A stretch of 63,302 nucleotides of DNA, the filler included, from Octopus bimaculoides (taxonomy: Eukaryota): the NCBI RefSeq assembly GCF_001194135.2. It is 4 parts of 2 records of this genome, joined end to end, with 100 filler letters (N's around TTAATTAATTAA, not from the genome) between each part and the next. Parts side by side here need not be neighbours in the genome. Positions count along the whole stretch, not along the records: positions 31,583 to 40,600 come from NC_068994.1; positions 40,701 to 62,176 come from NC_069004.1; 2 more parts are not named here. One strand, written 5' to 3'. Each line of letters begins with the position of its first letter. The first letter of the stretch is position 1. The notes under the pieces were generated by a model, which saw nothing but the letters and a program-made list of their open reading frames with translations, had not been told where the DNA came from and ran no database searches. The position numbers and the translations under genes were made by a program. Below are positions 36,061 to 48,099 of this stretch, piece by piece.

Positions 36061-37679
36061 GTTTTAAAAAAGTGGCATTTTCATTTTTATTCATTTTCAA
36101 TATCTACTTACTCGTGTAGTGCTTTTACAAATCTTTTCAAATATATATCTATATATATATTTCGTTTTTGGATTTGGTTTGCAAGATTTTTTATGTGATT
36201 TCGTGTGTTGAAGCATATTCTGTTGTATCTGGGGAGAGTCATTTTCTTATTGTGCCTTAAAATTTAACACACTCACTGTTAAAATTTCCACTTATTTCTT
36301 ATTTTTATTTTCCTAAAATTTTCGTTGCATCTTGCAACCTTTTCAATAGTCTTGACTCTGTCCGTTATTTACGTTGCGTTCTGTTTTTGCGCATGTGTGT
36401 GTCTCAGTGTGTGTGTATGTATGCATGCATGTATGTGTGCATGTGTGTGTATGTCTATGTGTGTGTGTGTGTGTGTGCATATATATATATGTATGTATGT
36501 GTGTGTATGTATATATGTATGTATGTGTGTGTGTTTGCTTGTATGTATGTATGTCTTCTGCATATTCCTGTGTTTGTGTGTTTTTTATGTATGTGTGTGC
36601 ATGTGTGTATATGTATGTATGTACCTCTGTCTCCTTGTGTGTGCATGTCTGAGTGTGTGTGCGTATGTGTGTGTGTGTGTTTTGCTGCTATGTACCATGT
36701 TTGTATGTATGGGTGCACATCTTCATATGTGTGGACGTGTGTGTGTGTATATGTGGTCATGTGTTTCAGTCTCTATTTGCGTATGTGGTTGTCTGTTCAT
36801 ATACCCTATGTACCTACCCGTCTGTATGTAGACCTGTTGGTTTACATATACATACATGTGCATGCACACACACACACACACAGACGTACATACATCTATC
36901 TGCATAAAAGCCCATTAACTGTTCTNNNNNNNNNNNNNNNNNNNNNNNNNNNNNNNNNNNNNNNNNNNNNNNNNNNNNNNNNNNNNNNNNNNNNNNNNNN
37001 NNNNNNNNNNNNNNNNNNNNNNNNNNNNNNNNNNNNNNNNNNNNNNNNNNNNNNNNNNNNNNNNNNNNNNNNNNNNNNNNNNNNNNNNNNNNNNNNNNNN
37101 NNNNNNNNNNNNNNNNNNNNNNNNNNNNNNNNNNNNNNNNNNNNNNNNNNNNNNNNNNNNNNNNNNNNNNNNNNNNNNNNNNNNNNNNNNNNNNNNNNNN
37201 NNNNNNNNNNNNNNNNNNNNNNNNNNNNNNNNNNNNNNNNNNNNNNNNNNNNNNNNNNNNNNNNNNNNNNNNNNNNNNNNNNNNNNNNNNNNNNNNNNNN
37301 NNNNNNNNNNNNNNNNNNNNNNNNNNNNNNNNNNNNNNNNNNNNNNNNNNNNNNNNNNNNNNNNNNNNNNNNNNNNNNNNNNNNNNNNNNNNNNNNNNNN
37401 NNNNNNNNNNNNNNNNNNNNNNNNNNNNNNNNNNNNNNNNNNNNNNNNNNNNNNNNNNNNNNNNNNNNNNNNNNNNNNNNNNNNNNNNNNNNNNNNNNNN
37501 NNNNNNNNNNNNNNNNNNNNNNNNNNNNNNNNNNNNNNNNNNNNNNNNNNNNNNNNNNNNNNNNNNNNNNNNNNNNNNNNNNNNNNNNNNNNNNNNNNNN
37601 NNNNNNNNNNNNNNNNNNNNNNNNNNNNNNNNNNNNNNNNNNNNNNNNNNNNNNNNNNNNNNNNNNNNNNNNNNNNNNC

Positions 37680-38751
37680 TACATAGTTGTGATCTGATGG
37701 AGTTCCCTGGCTTTTCAACAATCTTAATGTTGAATTTGAACTCCTTCAGAGCTTTTCTAAACCTATGCGCTAGTTCTCCATGGGCTGTGGCCTCCTTGAT
37801 ATCTGTCGGTTTTATACCACGTGTTCGCCTTGTTGGCTTTGTCACAAATTCTTTGTATCCTATTCCATTCTTTGTTCCTATATCTAGGGCAGGTACCACT
37901 GGTATCATTACGTATAATCTTATCTAACTTCTTTCTAGCTCCCCTGTATACTCGAACCCTATCCTTCTGATCATATCCAGAGAACTGCATGCGGTGCATG
38001 AAGTTCTGTATATGTTTTTTCATTTCATAGGGCTCGCATAGTGGGGAGATATTGTTCATTATCCTGATTTTTGTCATGTTTTTTTTAGAAAATTCTTTAT
38101 CTCTATTTTGACTATTTCAAACTTGCTTTACGTTCAATTTCCTCTGTGTTTTATCTTAATTTGAGTATCCTTTCACATTCCTCTGACACTTGCTGTGGGG
38201 TTACATCCTGTTGTTGTTCCAGCTTTATGAGAATTCTAGTTCTAACTTCTGCATCCTTTTCAGCAGTAAGTCCCTGTGTAAAAATCAGCCCTTTGAACAT
38301 AATTGGCATTAAATCGTCCTGCTTAAATTTCTCGCATTTCTAAGTCTGCTATCAGTATGTTAATTTTCATACCTGTGTGACAAAGCTGAGTTCTTGTGAA
38401 CAACATATTTTGAAGCTATGGGTTTCATATAATATGAGTGGAGGAGCTGCACTCTATTGTTCAGTCTCTAACCAAAGTTCAGTATCAAGTACCGGGAGCC
38501 TATTGTTGAGGTGTTTAGTCAGGTAATCTATAGTTACCTTGATACTTTGGTGGATGGAGTTAGCTATTTGCTGGATGCTCTCCATTACGTTCCTTTCTGT
38601 TTCTACACGACCGTCACTAGAGTTGGTCCTAACTATGATATTAATGACATCTACATATCTGCTATAAAGTAGAAGAGTTGTGGACTGTTCTGCTAACATA
38701 TGTTTAAGTTTTCTGTCCCACCAGGTCATGAAGAGGCACAATAAGAAAATG
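37680..38751 (-). mobile_element. Second Penelope-like element, RT C-terminal half, interrupted
   Basis: LYSRYVDVINII, SIHQSIKVTIDY, LPVLDTELW, ILIADL|IRIMNNISPLC, RMQFSGY. Confidence 0.85.
38062..38340 (-). repeat. Inverted copy of Gypsy gag segment 33667-33944
   Basis: Reverse complement of 33667-33944 with roughly a dozen substitutions. Confidence 0.95.
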
Positions 38752-39050
38752 NNNNNNNNNNNNNNNNNNNNNNNNNNNNNNNNNNNNNNNNNNNNNNNNN
38801 NNNNNNNNNNNNNNNNNNNNNNNNNNNNNNNNNNNNNNNNNNNNNNNNNNNNNNNNNNNNNNNNNNNNNNNNNNNNNNNNNNNNNNNNNNNNNNNNNNNN
38901 NNNNNNNNNNNNNNNNNNNNNNNNNNNNNNNNNNNNNNNNNNNNNNNNNNNNNNNNNNNNNNNNNNNNNNNNNNNNNNNNNNNNNNNNNNNNNNNNNNNN
39001 NNNNNNNNNNNNNNNNACGTTAAACGATGATGATGATGATGATGATGATG

Positions 39051-39251
39051 TGTGAGTGTATATGTTTGTCCCACCAACATCGCTTGACAACCGATGCTGG
39101 TGTGTTAACGTCCCCGTAACTTAGCAGTTCGGTAAAAGAGACCAATAGAATAAGTACTAGACTTACAAAGAATAAGTCCTGGGGTCGATTTGCTCGACTA
39201 AAGCAGTGCTCCAACATGGCCACAGTCAAATGACTGAAACAAGTAAAAGAG
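39051..39251 (+). mobile_element. SINE family A 3' half (likely partner of the head at 34076)
   Basis: Near-consensus copy; Gypsy protease resumes immediately after it. Confidence 0.9.
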
Positions 39252-39254
39252 TAT

Positions 39255-40246
39255 ATCATTAGAAGAAATTGGAAATACAATGATGAAGAAATTCGTGAAG
39301 GTGAAAATCAGAAATACAAGTGTTAAAATGCAGTTGGATACTGGTAGTGGTATCACCATTATAAACAAAAAATGTGGAAATAAGTCGGTAAGCCAAAACG
39401 AATTTAATCTAAAAAGCTAGCACATGGTGTTACAGGAAAAAGATTATATTTTCTTGGTAAATTTGCATGTAGTGTAACATTTTGAGATCAAACAAAAAAA
39501 GCAAAGATTTATGTGTTAAAAAATTCACATAATCCATTCAGCACAGAGTGGATGGAACTGTTGTGGTATGGAATGTGTCCATACATGTTCTGTGTGGAAA
39601 TATAGTCAATTCAGTTAAAGGTTCAAATGAGGCCAAATGACTAAAACAAAAAATTGCAGTAAAACAGAGTGGAACACCTGTATGTAAGCCAAAACAAAAT
39701 AAAAAAATTGCCCAAAATAAAAAGTAAACATTGGTCTTTTAAATGATTCTTACTACTTAGTAGTAGTTGATAGTTTTTCGAAATTTTCCTGAAATTCATT
39801 AGTAAAACAACCAACCTTCTCAAATGTGATAAATTTTTCACATGAACTGTTTGCAAAATTTGGTATCCTAGACAAGATAGTGTCTGACAATGAAATGCAA
39901 TTTGTGTCTGTTGAATTTAAAATATTTTGTGAAACATTGATGGTAGAATGCATAACTATGGTGCCATACCATCCAAGTTCTAATGGACAGGCAGAATGCT
40001 TTGTCAATACCTTCAAAAGGGCCCTTAGAAAATTGAATAAGGAAGTCACAGGTGAGGTAGTTCTACAACAATTTTAAGAGTGTACCCTGTGACACCAAAC
40101 CCAAATACACCTGCAGGTAGCTCACCAGCAGAGCTGATGTTTGCAAGAAAATCAAAATCAGTCTTTGCTAAATTGTTACCTGGCAAGAAAAGACAAAGTG
40201 CTAGAGAAGACATAACAAGATTCTTTAAAGTTGGTGAAAAGGTGTA
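39255..40246 (+). mobile_element. Gypsy pol remnant: protease and integrase, RT/RNaseH not seen
   Basis: VKMQLDTGSGITII (aspartic protease); FAKFGILDKIVSDN..QFVS.EFK..PYHPSSNGQAECFVNTFKRAL (integrase). Confidence 0.9.
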
Positions 40247-40248
40247 TA

Positions 40249-40600
40249 CGAGGGGTGTATGAAAAGTTTGGAGCCTAACCTAGAAACGGGGCTGCTATAT
40301 AGCTGAAACAATTTTTTCGGGTAAGTACAGTCTTTTTGGAATATTCCTGCTCATTTTCATGAATCTGATATTTTAATTTTTTTTGTTGCAGATTTTTGAA
40401 TAAACAAACTTCGAGTTTACAAGGAAAATGGAGAAAACTGAGTATCTTGCTGTTAGAAAGTACCTTCATTTGAAAGGCTGACTCCATCAGAAATCCATGA
40501 AGATATGGTGAGAACCTTAACAGACAATGCTCCTTCATGTGCAACAGTCAAACGCTGGGTAAATGAATTCAACTGTGGCAGGGAGAGTGTGGAAGATGAT
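40249..40600 (+). mobile_element. Mariner 5' end and transposase N-terminus, cut by a gap
   Basis: TA|CGAGGGGTGTATGAAAAGTT TIR; ATG at 40428, MEKTEYLAV..PSEIHEDM..TVKRWVNEFNCGRESVEDD. Confidence 0.85.
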
Positions 40601-40705
40601 NNNNNNNNNNNNNNNNNNNNNNNNNNNNNNNNNNNNNNNNNNNNTTAATTAATTAANNNNNNNNNNNNNNNNNNNNNNNNNNNNNNNNNNNNNNNNNNNN
40701 TTAAG

Positions 40706-40970
40706 TGTTATATGGACTGTTAGATATGTAATTCGTCTGACGTTCCGTGTGTCATGTGGTTCGTCTGAGTTCATTGTTTCATTGTTGTTGTCTTGTGGGA
40801 CTGTCGTAGTAAAATGTCATTGATATATATATGGCGGACATGACTTTTGTTTATTCATAACGAACATTGGGTGAGTGCGTTCTTTGTATGTAATTGAACA
40901 ATAAATGTAATAATTAAATTGTATAACTCGTTATGTTATCTCTGCGAGTCAGTCCGAGGGAAACATAACA
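40706..40970 (+). mobile_element. Solo LTR, 265 bp
   Basis: TGTTAT...ATAACA inverted termini, 5-bp TTAAG direct repeats on both sides, internal AATAAA. Confidence 0.75.
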
Positions 40971-41439
40971 TTAAGTGTCTTCATTGACAGTGAAAGAGGG
41001 TATTTAGCCACTGATGAAGTTCCAATACTGGATTGAAGCTGTTATGGCTGATCCTTCATTTATCTGTCCAAGAAGACAATATGTGCAGACAAGCTGTTTA
41101 TATCTGTATATTACACAGTGCATTGACTAAAATCTTAAGACATATTGCGTTTCAGAGCGGAGAAGCTCATTTATATCCCAAATGTTCTTCAGAGTGGCAT
41201 GAACGTCTTATATTTCCACTTATTTCTTCAAATTTCAAACAGCTCACGTTTCAGCGCGTAAATCAACGCGTCACGCTTCACTGAATACAAAAAAAACAAA
41301 AAAACCATACAGTAGGGGGTCGATTAAAAATGTCGATAAAATAAAATACCAGCTTTTTACTCGGGTCATAAGTATAAAAATGACTGCTGCCCTAGGTCTT
41401 CCTGCTTATTAAAGGAAGAAAAGGCTTGGTGCGTAATAA

Positions 41440-42085
41440 GCAAATCAGCATTTCTTCAGTTGTTGCAACGGTTGCGGCAATGTTGGTGCCAGGGGTGGTG
41501 GAAGTTGTTGTGGTTGTAACTGTGGTAGCGGTGGTGATGATAGTGGCGGAGAGAAGCGGTAGAGGTAGGGGTGGATAATTAATTAAACATCTCCACAACC
41601 CGTCTCAATCTGTCAACGTTATGACCAACAATGCCACCGCTACGAACACCGATACCACCATCACTAGAACCACCACCTCCATCATCACGACCATCATCGC
41701 CCGCCATTATCACCATCACCGCCGCCACCTCTATATCTTAGAATAGATCCATCCAGATGGAGCTACTTTGAAAAAGTTTATATTCCAAGTAATTAGCATT
41801 GAGACGAAGATTAACTTGACGAGACAATGATGATGATGATGATGATGGTAGTGATGGTGGTGGTAATGATGATGATGACGATGATGATGATGATGATGAT
41901 GATGACGACGACGACGACGACGACGACGTGAGAACGATGGTGGTGGTAGCGGTGTAGACGGTGGCGGCAGTGGCGACTAGAATGCTGTGATGACGACGAC
42001 GACGACACTGATGATGACGTTGATGGTGGTGATGATGACGTTGATGGTGGTGATGGTGGTGGTGGTGGTGGTGGTGGCGACGACC
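41440..42085. repeat. Trinucleotide low-complexity block (GGT/CAC/GAT/GAC)n
   Basis: Direct reading; produces spurious poly-His/Ser ORFs. Confidence 0.9.
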
Positions 42086-42859
42086 ACTCACTGCAATACA
42101 TAACAGTTCTTTCTTCCATACACAGTGTCNNNNNNNNNNNNNNNNNNNNNNNNNNNNNNNNNNNNNNNNNNNNNNNNNNNNNNNNNNNNNNNNNNNNNNN
42201 NNNNNNNNNNNNNNNNNNNNNNNNNNNNNNNNNNNNNNNNNNNNNNNNNNNNNNNNNNNNNNNNNNNNNNNNNNNNNNNNNNNNNNNNNNNNNNNNNNNN
42301 NNNNNNNNNNNNNNNNNNNNNNNNNNNNNNNNNNNNNNNNNNNNNNNNNNNNNNNNNNNNNNNNNNNNNNNNNNNNNNNNNNNNNNNNNNNNNNNNNNNN
42401 NNNNNNNNNNNNNNNNNNNNNNNNNNNNNNNNNNNNNNNNNNNNNNNNNNNNNNNNNNNNNNNNNNNNNNNNNNNNNNNNNNNNNNNNNNNNNNNNNNNN
42501 NNNNNNNNNNNNNNNNNNNNNNNNNNNNNNNNNNNNNNNNNNNNNNNNNNNNNNNNNNNNNNNNNNNNNNNNNNNNNNNNNNNNNNNNNNNNNNNNNNNN
42601 NNNNNNNNNNNNNNNNNNNNNNNNNNNNNNNNNNNNNNNNNNNNNNNNNNNNNNNNNNNNNNNNNNNNNNNNNNNNNNNNNNNNNNNNNNNNNNNNNNNN
42701 NNNNNNNNNNNNNNNNNNNNNNNNNNNNNNNNNNNNNNNNNNNNNNNNNNNNNNNNNNNNNNNNNNNNNNNNNNNNNNNNNNNNNNNNNNNNNNNNNNNN
42801 NNNNNNNNNNNNNNNNNNNGAGAAATGACAATTATAAAAACATAATAAAAGAGAATGCA

Positions 42860-44950
42860 AAAAAAAAATATGTAAACTGTTTTATTTATTTAATTACCTT
42901 AAAGATAGGACGATTTGTGCGCGAGGAAGACGTTTTCTCTCTCACATCCCTTAATTTAGGCTTTTTGGACACACTTTCTTCACTTTTTACACTTGCAGGT
43001 CATTTCGTTTGAAACATATCAAGAGAAGTATGATTTTTTCCTGCCTTTCAAAATGTTACGAAAATGCGTCAGAGCAGTGTCATTGAATAAAGCAGCTGCA
43101 CGACCTGTAGCTACTTTTTCAGGATGATACTTTTCTACAAATTCAGAAACATACTACCACTTTACCGACACTGCTTTTATGTCACTCGTAGATATAGCCT
43201 TCTTCCCTACACTGTCCTCCTCCGCGGAACCAATCTCTTCAACCACATCCGAATGTTGCTGCTCCTGGAGTTGCAGGAGTTCATCTGTCGTCAGTTCCTC
43301 GGAGTGTTCCTCAACGAGATCGTTAATATCCCCATTGTCAACCTCGTGTCATTGATGAACATGAGAGAGGAGTGCCTGTAGTGGACATCGCATGTCAATA
43401 CGACCGAAGCACGTCGACGATCTGCACAATCCCGAAGAAAAAGGACGAGATCAAGGCCGTTACAACAGCAAAGGTGTCTCCAGGCTCTCCAGGCTCTCCA
43501 AGCAACGCACATCAATCCACGAAGAGATGGAAAAATTGCTTATCCTGTGGATCAACGAGAAGCGATACGCAGAGGATACGATTGCGAAGACTATCCTCTG
43601 TGAGAATGCAAGAAACACTATCTCCTCGACTATAGACTCAAACCCCTCGAAGTCTCTTTCGGATATGCAGTCAGGCCACAGTTTCCTCCATGCAGAATTC
43701 AGCGTTCTCCTCGTTGTATCCTGCCAAGCTATATCGATGATTTTCAAGCAATTGACTATGTTGTAGTGCTTCTTCCAAAACTCACGAAGGGTTAGATTTG
43801 TATTTTCGGTGACTTCAAATCACCTACGAAACAGGTATTTGGTGTATAATTCCTTAAAATTAGAAATCACTTGTTGATCTATGGGCTGCAAGATATGAGT
43901 GGTGTTGCGTGAGCGGTAAAAAAAACTTTTATGAATTTAAATTCGTCTAGGATATTATCTTCGAAGTTAGGAGAGTTGTGACCTGGCATTTTCTTTTCCT
44001 CTGCAGTTATGTAAGTTCTTCTGGTCCCCCTCCCCACAAAGGCCAGTTTCATCACAGTTGAATACCTGTTGTGTGATGTACCCCTCGGTTGTGATGAGCT
44101 TACAGAATTCACGCACGAAATCCTCAGCTGCCTTCATGTCAGAACTCGCTGCTTCTCCATACCTGACAATGCTATGAACACCAGTCCTTTTCTTGAAATT
44201 ATCAAACCAGACGTGACTGGCCTTAAATACGTCTGCTGATGTCTCCTCCGTCGATGTTCCAGGGTTCTGCTTCAGGAGAGCCCCATACAGTGCTCGTGCA
44301 TTCTCACAGAGGATAGTCTTTGCAATCGTATCCTCTGCGTGTCGCTTCTCGTTGATCCACAGGAGAAGCAATTTTTCCATCTCTTCGTGGATTGATGTGC
44401 GTTGCTTGGAGAGCCTGGAGAGCCTGGAGAGCCTGGAGAGCCTGGAGACACCTTTGCTGTTGTAACGGCCTTGATCTCGTCCTTTTTTCTTCGGGATTGT
44501 GCAGATCGTCGACGTGCTTTGGTCGTATTGACATGCGATGTCCACTACAGGTACTCCTCTCTCATGTTCATCAATGGTTTCCTTCTTCAATTCTGTCGTA
44601 ATCAGCTTTTTCTTCTTGTCAGCTCTGTCCTTTGCACTAACTTTCTTAGGACCCATGGCTAACGCAAATAATTATTGTAAAATAATAGGACAAAAACACA
44701 TAAAACTAAAAAAGAACATTTTGAAAAACACAATAGAGATGCTACCACAACGAGATAAACACGTGAAGTGAGCGAGCGGACGCTGCTTGTTGGGAGAGCA
44801 TGTGCAAGCTCAGCGCTGACTAGCGGCCGCTTCTATGATATCGCTCGTACTGTAGATTTCCACCCGTACTTCAAGACAAAAAGTCGCATGAGCCTCGGCT
44901 CGGACAGAAAATCACTTGTACAATGATGCACTCGTACTACGAGGCGTTAT
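42860..44950 (-). mobile_element. Tigger/pogo transposon, rearranged
   Basis: MGPKK..HTH; EEMEKLLLLWINEK (CENP-B-type HTH); FKASHVWFDNFKKR; VFNCDETGL; LNSAWRKLWP; EEHSEELTTDEL; LFNDTALTHFRNIL; terminal cctcgtagtacgag repeat near 44935. Confidence 0.95.
43350..43610 (+). repeat. Inverted copy of Tigger segment 44297-44576
   Basis: Reverse complement with about 5 substitutions, 2 versus 4 copies of a 9-bp repeat, and a 1-bp indel. Confidence 0.95.
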
Positions 44951-45293
44951 ACATACATACATGCATACATACATACATGCATACATACATACATGCATAC
45001 ATACATGCATACATACATACATGCATACATACATACACATAGTCATTTCAAGGATGCCATGTACTTACTAGGGATTAATAAATACGAAATTTCACTGGTT
45101 TAATCTCCATCAGATTAGAAGAAAATCTCCACGATATGTTTGGGATTATTATAAGTATTATTAACACGGTAAGAAAATGGAGAGTTGAGGATGTATAGTT
45201 AATTTATTAGTTTGAAGTTAAAAATTTAAATACAAATAAGGTTTTAAAAAGTAAAAAAGAAACTAAAAAAAAACCCTTCATATGTTTTGATTC

Positions 45294-45764
45294 TGACCCC
45301 TTAGTAATGCATAGTTCGAAGTATATGGGTCAAATCTAATGTTAGGAATTAGGATATTTACTTGTAAGCCAATAGAAATTATACATTTAGAACGGTTTAT
45401 TTATTATTCTTTATTTTGTATCTATTTAAAAAAAAATATATATTTTTGTTTTTATTACATAATTAGTTTCCCTTACAGATATATTATTATTTATATATTT
45501 TTAAAATTTATTTTTATTTTATCTTTATCTTTTAGTTACTTGAATTATAACCTTTGCAAATACATACACACAATATATAAGATATAACCTTTTAAACTTC
45601 TCTAAGTTTTGATTTGAATCCCTTCAAGAAATATGTAGCTTTCGTTTTATAAAACCAAACAAAAAAGCCTGAAGAGATTCTGTCCCATACAGTTTAAAAT
45701 GATAATCAATTCTTAACATTGGATTTGACCCAAATGCTTTGAACTATGTATTACTAAGGGGCCA
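45294..45764. mobile_element. MITE with ~57-bp TIRs
   Basis: tgaccccttagtaatgcatagttcgaagtatatgggtcaaatctaatgttaggaatt versus the reverse complement of 45708-45764. Confidence 0.8.
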
Positions 45765-45778
45765 TTTTCTTACCCCTA

Positions 45779-45825
<47 letters not shown>

Positions 45826-46272
45826 NNNNNNNNNNNNNNNNNNNNNNNNNNNNNNNNNNNNNNNNNNNNNNNNNNNNNNNNNNNNNNNNNNNNNNNNNNN
45901 NNNNNNNNNNNNNNNNNNNNNNNNNNNNNNNNNNNNNNNNNNNNNNNNNNNNNNNNNNNNNNNNNNNNNNNNNNNNNNNNNNNNNNNNNNNNNNNNNNNN
46001 NNNNNNNNNNNNNNNNNNNNNNNNNNNNNNNNNNNNNNNNNNNNNNNNNNNNNNNNNNNNNNNNNNNNNNNNNNNNNNNNNNNNNNNNNNNNNNNNNNNN
46101 NNNNNNNNNNNNNNNNNNNNNNNNNNNNNNNNNNNNNNNNNNNNNNNNNNNNNNNNNNNNNNNNNNNNNNNNNNNNNNNNNNNNNNNNNNNNNNNNNNNN
46201 NNNNNNNNNNNNNNNNNNNNNNNNNNNNNNNNNNNNNNNNNNNNNNNNNNNNNNNNNNNNNNNNNNNNNNNN

Positions 46273-46310
<38 letters not shown>

Positions 46311-46579
46311 TATATATATATATACATAATAAATGCGAAAACTAATTTCTGTGTGCCAGTGTGTCACACTTTGACTACCCCTCTCTCATTATTCAATGAC
46401 GCTTCTTCGTACTAGGGTGAGAGTAATAGTAGGCATAGAGACGGTGAAGGCGGTGGCGAAGAGAGAGAGAGAGAGCAAGAAAAAGAAACAGTGAGAAAGA
46501 GAGACAAAGAAATTAGGGTGAGTTGATGATGCTTTATTGAAGTAGTAGTGTTGATGGTAGACATGAGAGTAATAATAAT

Positions 46580-46667
<88 letters not shown>

Positions 46668-47237
46668 TGTGAGAGAAAGAGGGAGATGATGTACACCTTT
46701 CCTGGACAAAAATTCTTGTAGACAGCATACTGAACCAATCATTTTTGCTTTATTTTTACCTTTCTTTAATATATACATATACATACATACACACCTACAT
46801 ACATATACATACACACACGCACACAAACATATATAATACACTTTAATTGAAATACAGTTTCCCCAAAATGAAACTTATCTAATATAATAAATGTGAATGT
46901 CAGTGTGTTACACTTTTTCAACTTTACTCTTTAGAGGCCGTAGCCCAACATATACCATTTTGGAATCAAGCTGATTCCGTGAGGAAATTACAAACATTCC
47001 GGGCCGAATCTAGACCTGCAACCCTGAAATTTTGGATTTCTGTTTTCGTTACTGCATTTGTTTTCGGCGATTTTTTTTACAGGATTTTTAGCGACAAATA
47101 TGATGATCATTGGAATATAACTCTGGAAGAAACAGTTGCAACAAATTCTTCAAAATAGGTCAGAGATTTGTTTGCAGATCTTCCCATTCGGGGTTGGTTG
47201 CTTAAAAGCTACATACTAGTTTAAAAGCCGCCCGACA

Positions 47238-47281
<44 letters not shown>

Positions 47282-48099
47282 NNNNNNNNNNNNNNNNNNN
47301 NNNNNNNNNNNNNNNNNNNNNNNNNNNNNNNNNNNNNNNNNNNNNNNNNNNNNNNNNNNNNNNNNNNNNNNNNNNNNNNNNNNNNNNNNNNNNNNNNNNN
47401 NNNNNNNNNNNNNNNNNNNNNNNNNNNNNNNNNNNNNNNNNNNNNNNNNNNNNNNNNNNNNNNNNNNNNNNNNNNNNNNNNNNNNNNNNNNNNNNNNNNN
47501 NNNNNNNNNNNNNNNNNNNNNNNNNNNNNNNNNNNNNNNNNNNNNNNNNNNNNNNNNNNNNNNNNNNNNNNNNNNNNNNNNNNNNNNNNNNNNNNNNNNN
47601 NNNNNNNNNNNNNNNNNNNNNNNNNNNNNNNNNNNNNNNNNNNNNNNNNNNNNNNNNNNNNNNNNNNNNNNNNNNNNNNNNNNNNNNNNNNNNNNNNNNN
47701 NNNNNNNNNNNNNNNNNNNNNNNNNNNNNNNNNNNNNNNNNNNNNNNNNNNNNNNNNNNNNNNNNNNNNNNNNNNNNNNNNNNNNNNNNNNNNNNNNNNN
47801 NNNNNNNNNNNNNNNNNNNNNNNNNNNNNNNNNNNNNNNNNNNNNNNNNNNNNNNNNNNNNNNNNNNNNNNNNNNNNNNNNNNNNNNNNNNNNNNNNNNN
47901 NNNNNNNNNNNNNNNNNNNNNNNNNNNNNNNNNNNNNNNNNNNNNNNNNNNNNNNNNNNNNNNNNNNNNNNNNNNNNNNNNNNNNNNNNNNNNNNNNNNN
48001 NNNNNNNNNNNNNNNNNNNNNNNNNNNNNNNNNNNNNNNNNNNNNNNNNNNNNNNNNNNNNNNNNNNNNNNNNNNNNNNNNATATATATATATATTGAA

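Noticed and set aside
41738-42091. Poly-His/poly-Ser ORF
   Set aside because: Trinucleotide microsatellite block with no structured domain.
44402-44662. Collagen-like GEPGEPGEP ORF
   Set aside because: Antisense reading of the 9-bp tandem repeat within Tigger.
47083-47158. Strong acceptor followed by IFSDKYDDHWNITLEETVATNSSK*
   Set aside because: The frame ends in a stop before the donor and does not connect to the other candidate exons; unresolved without RNA data.
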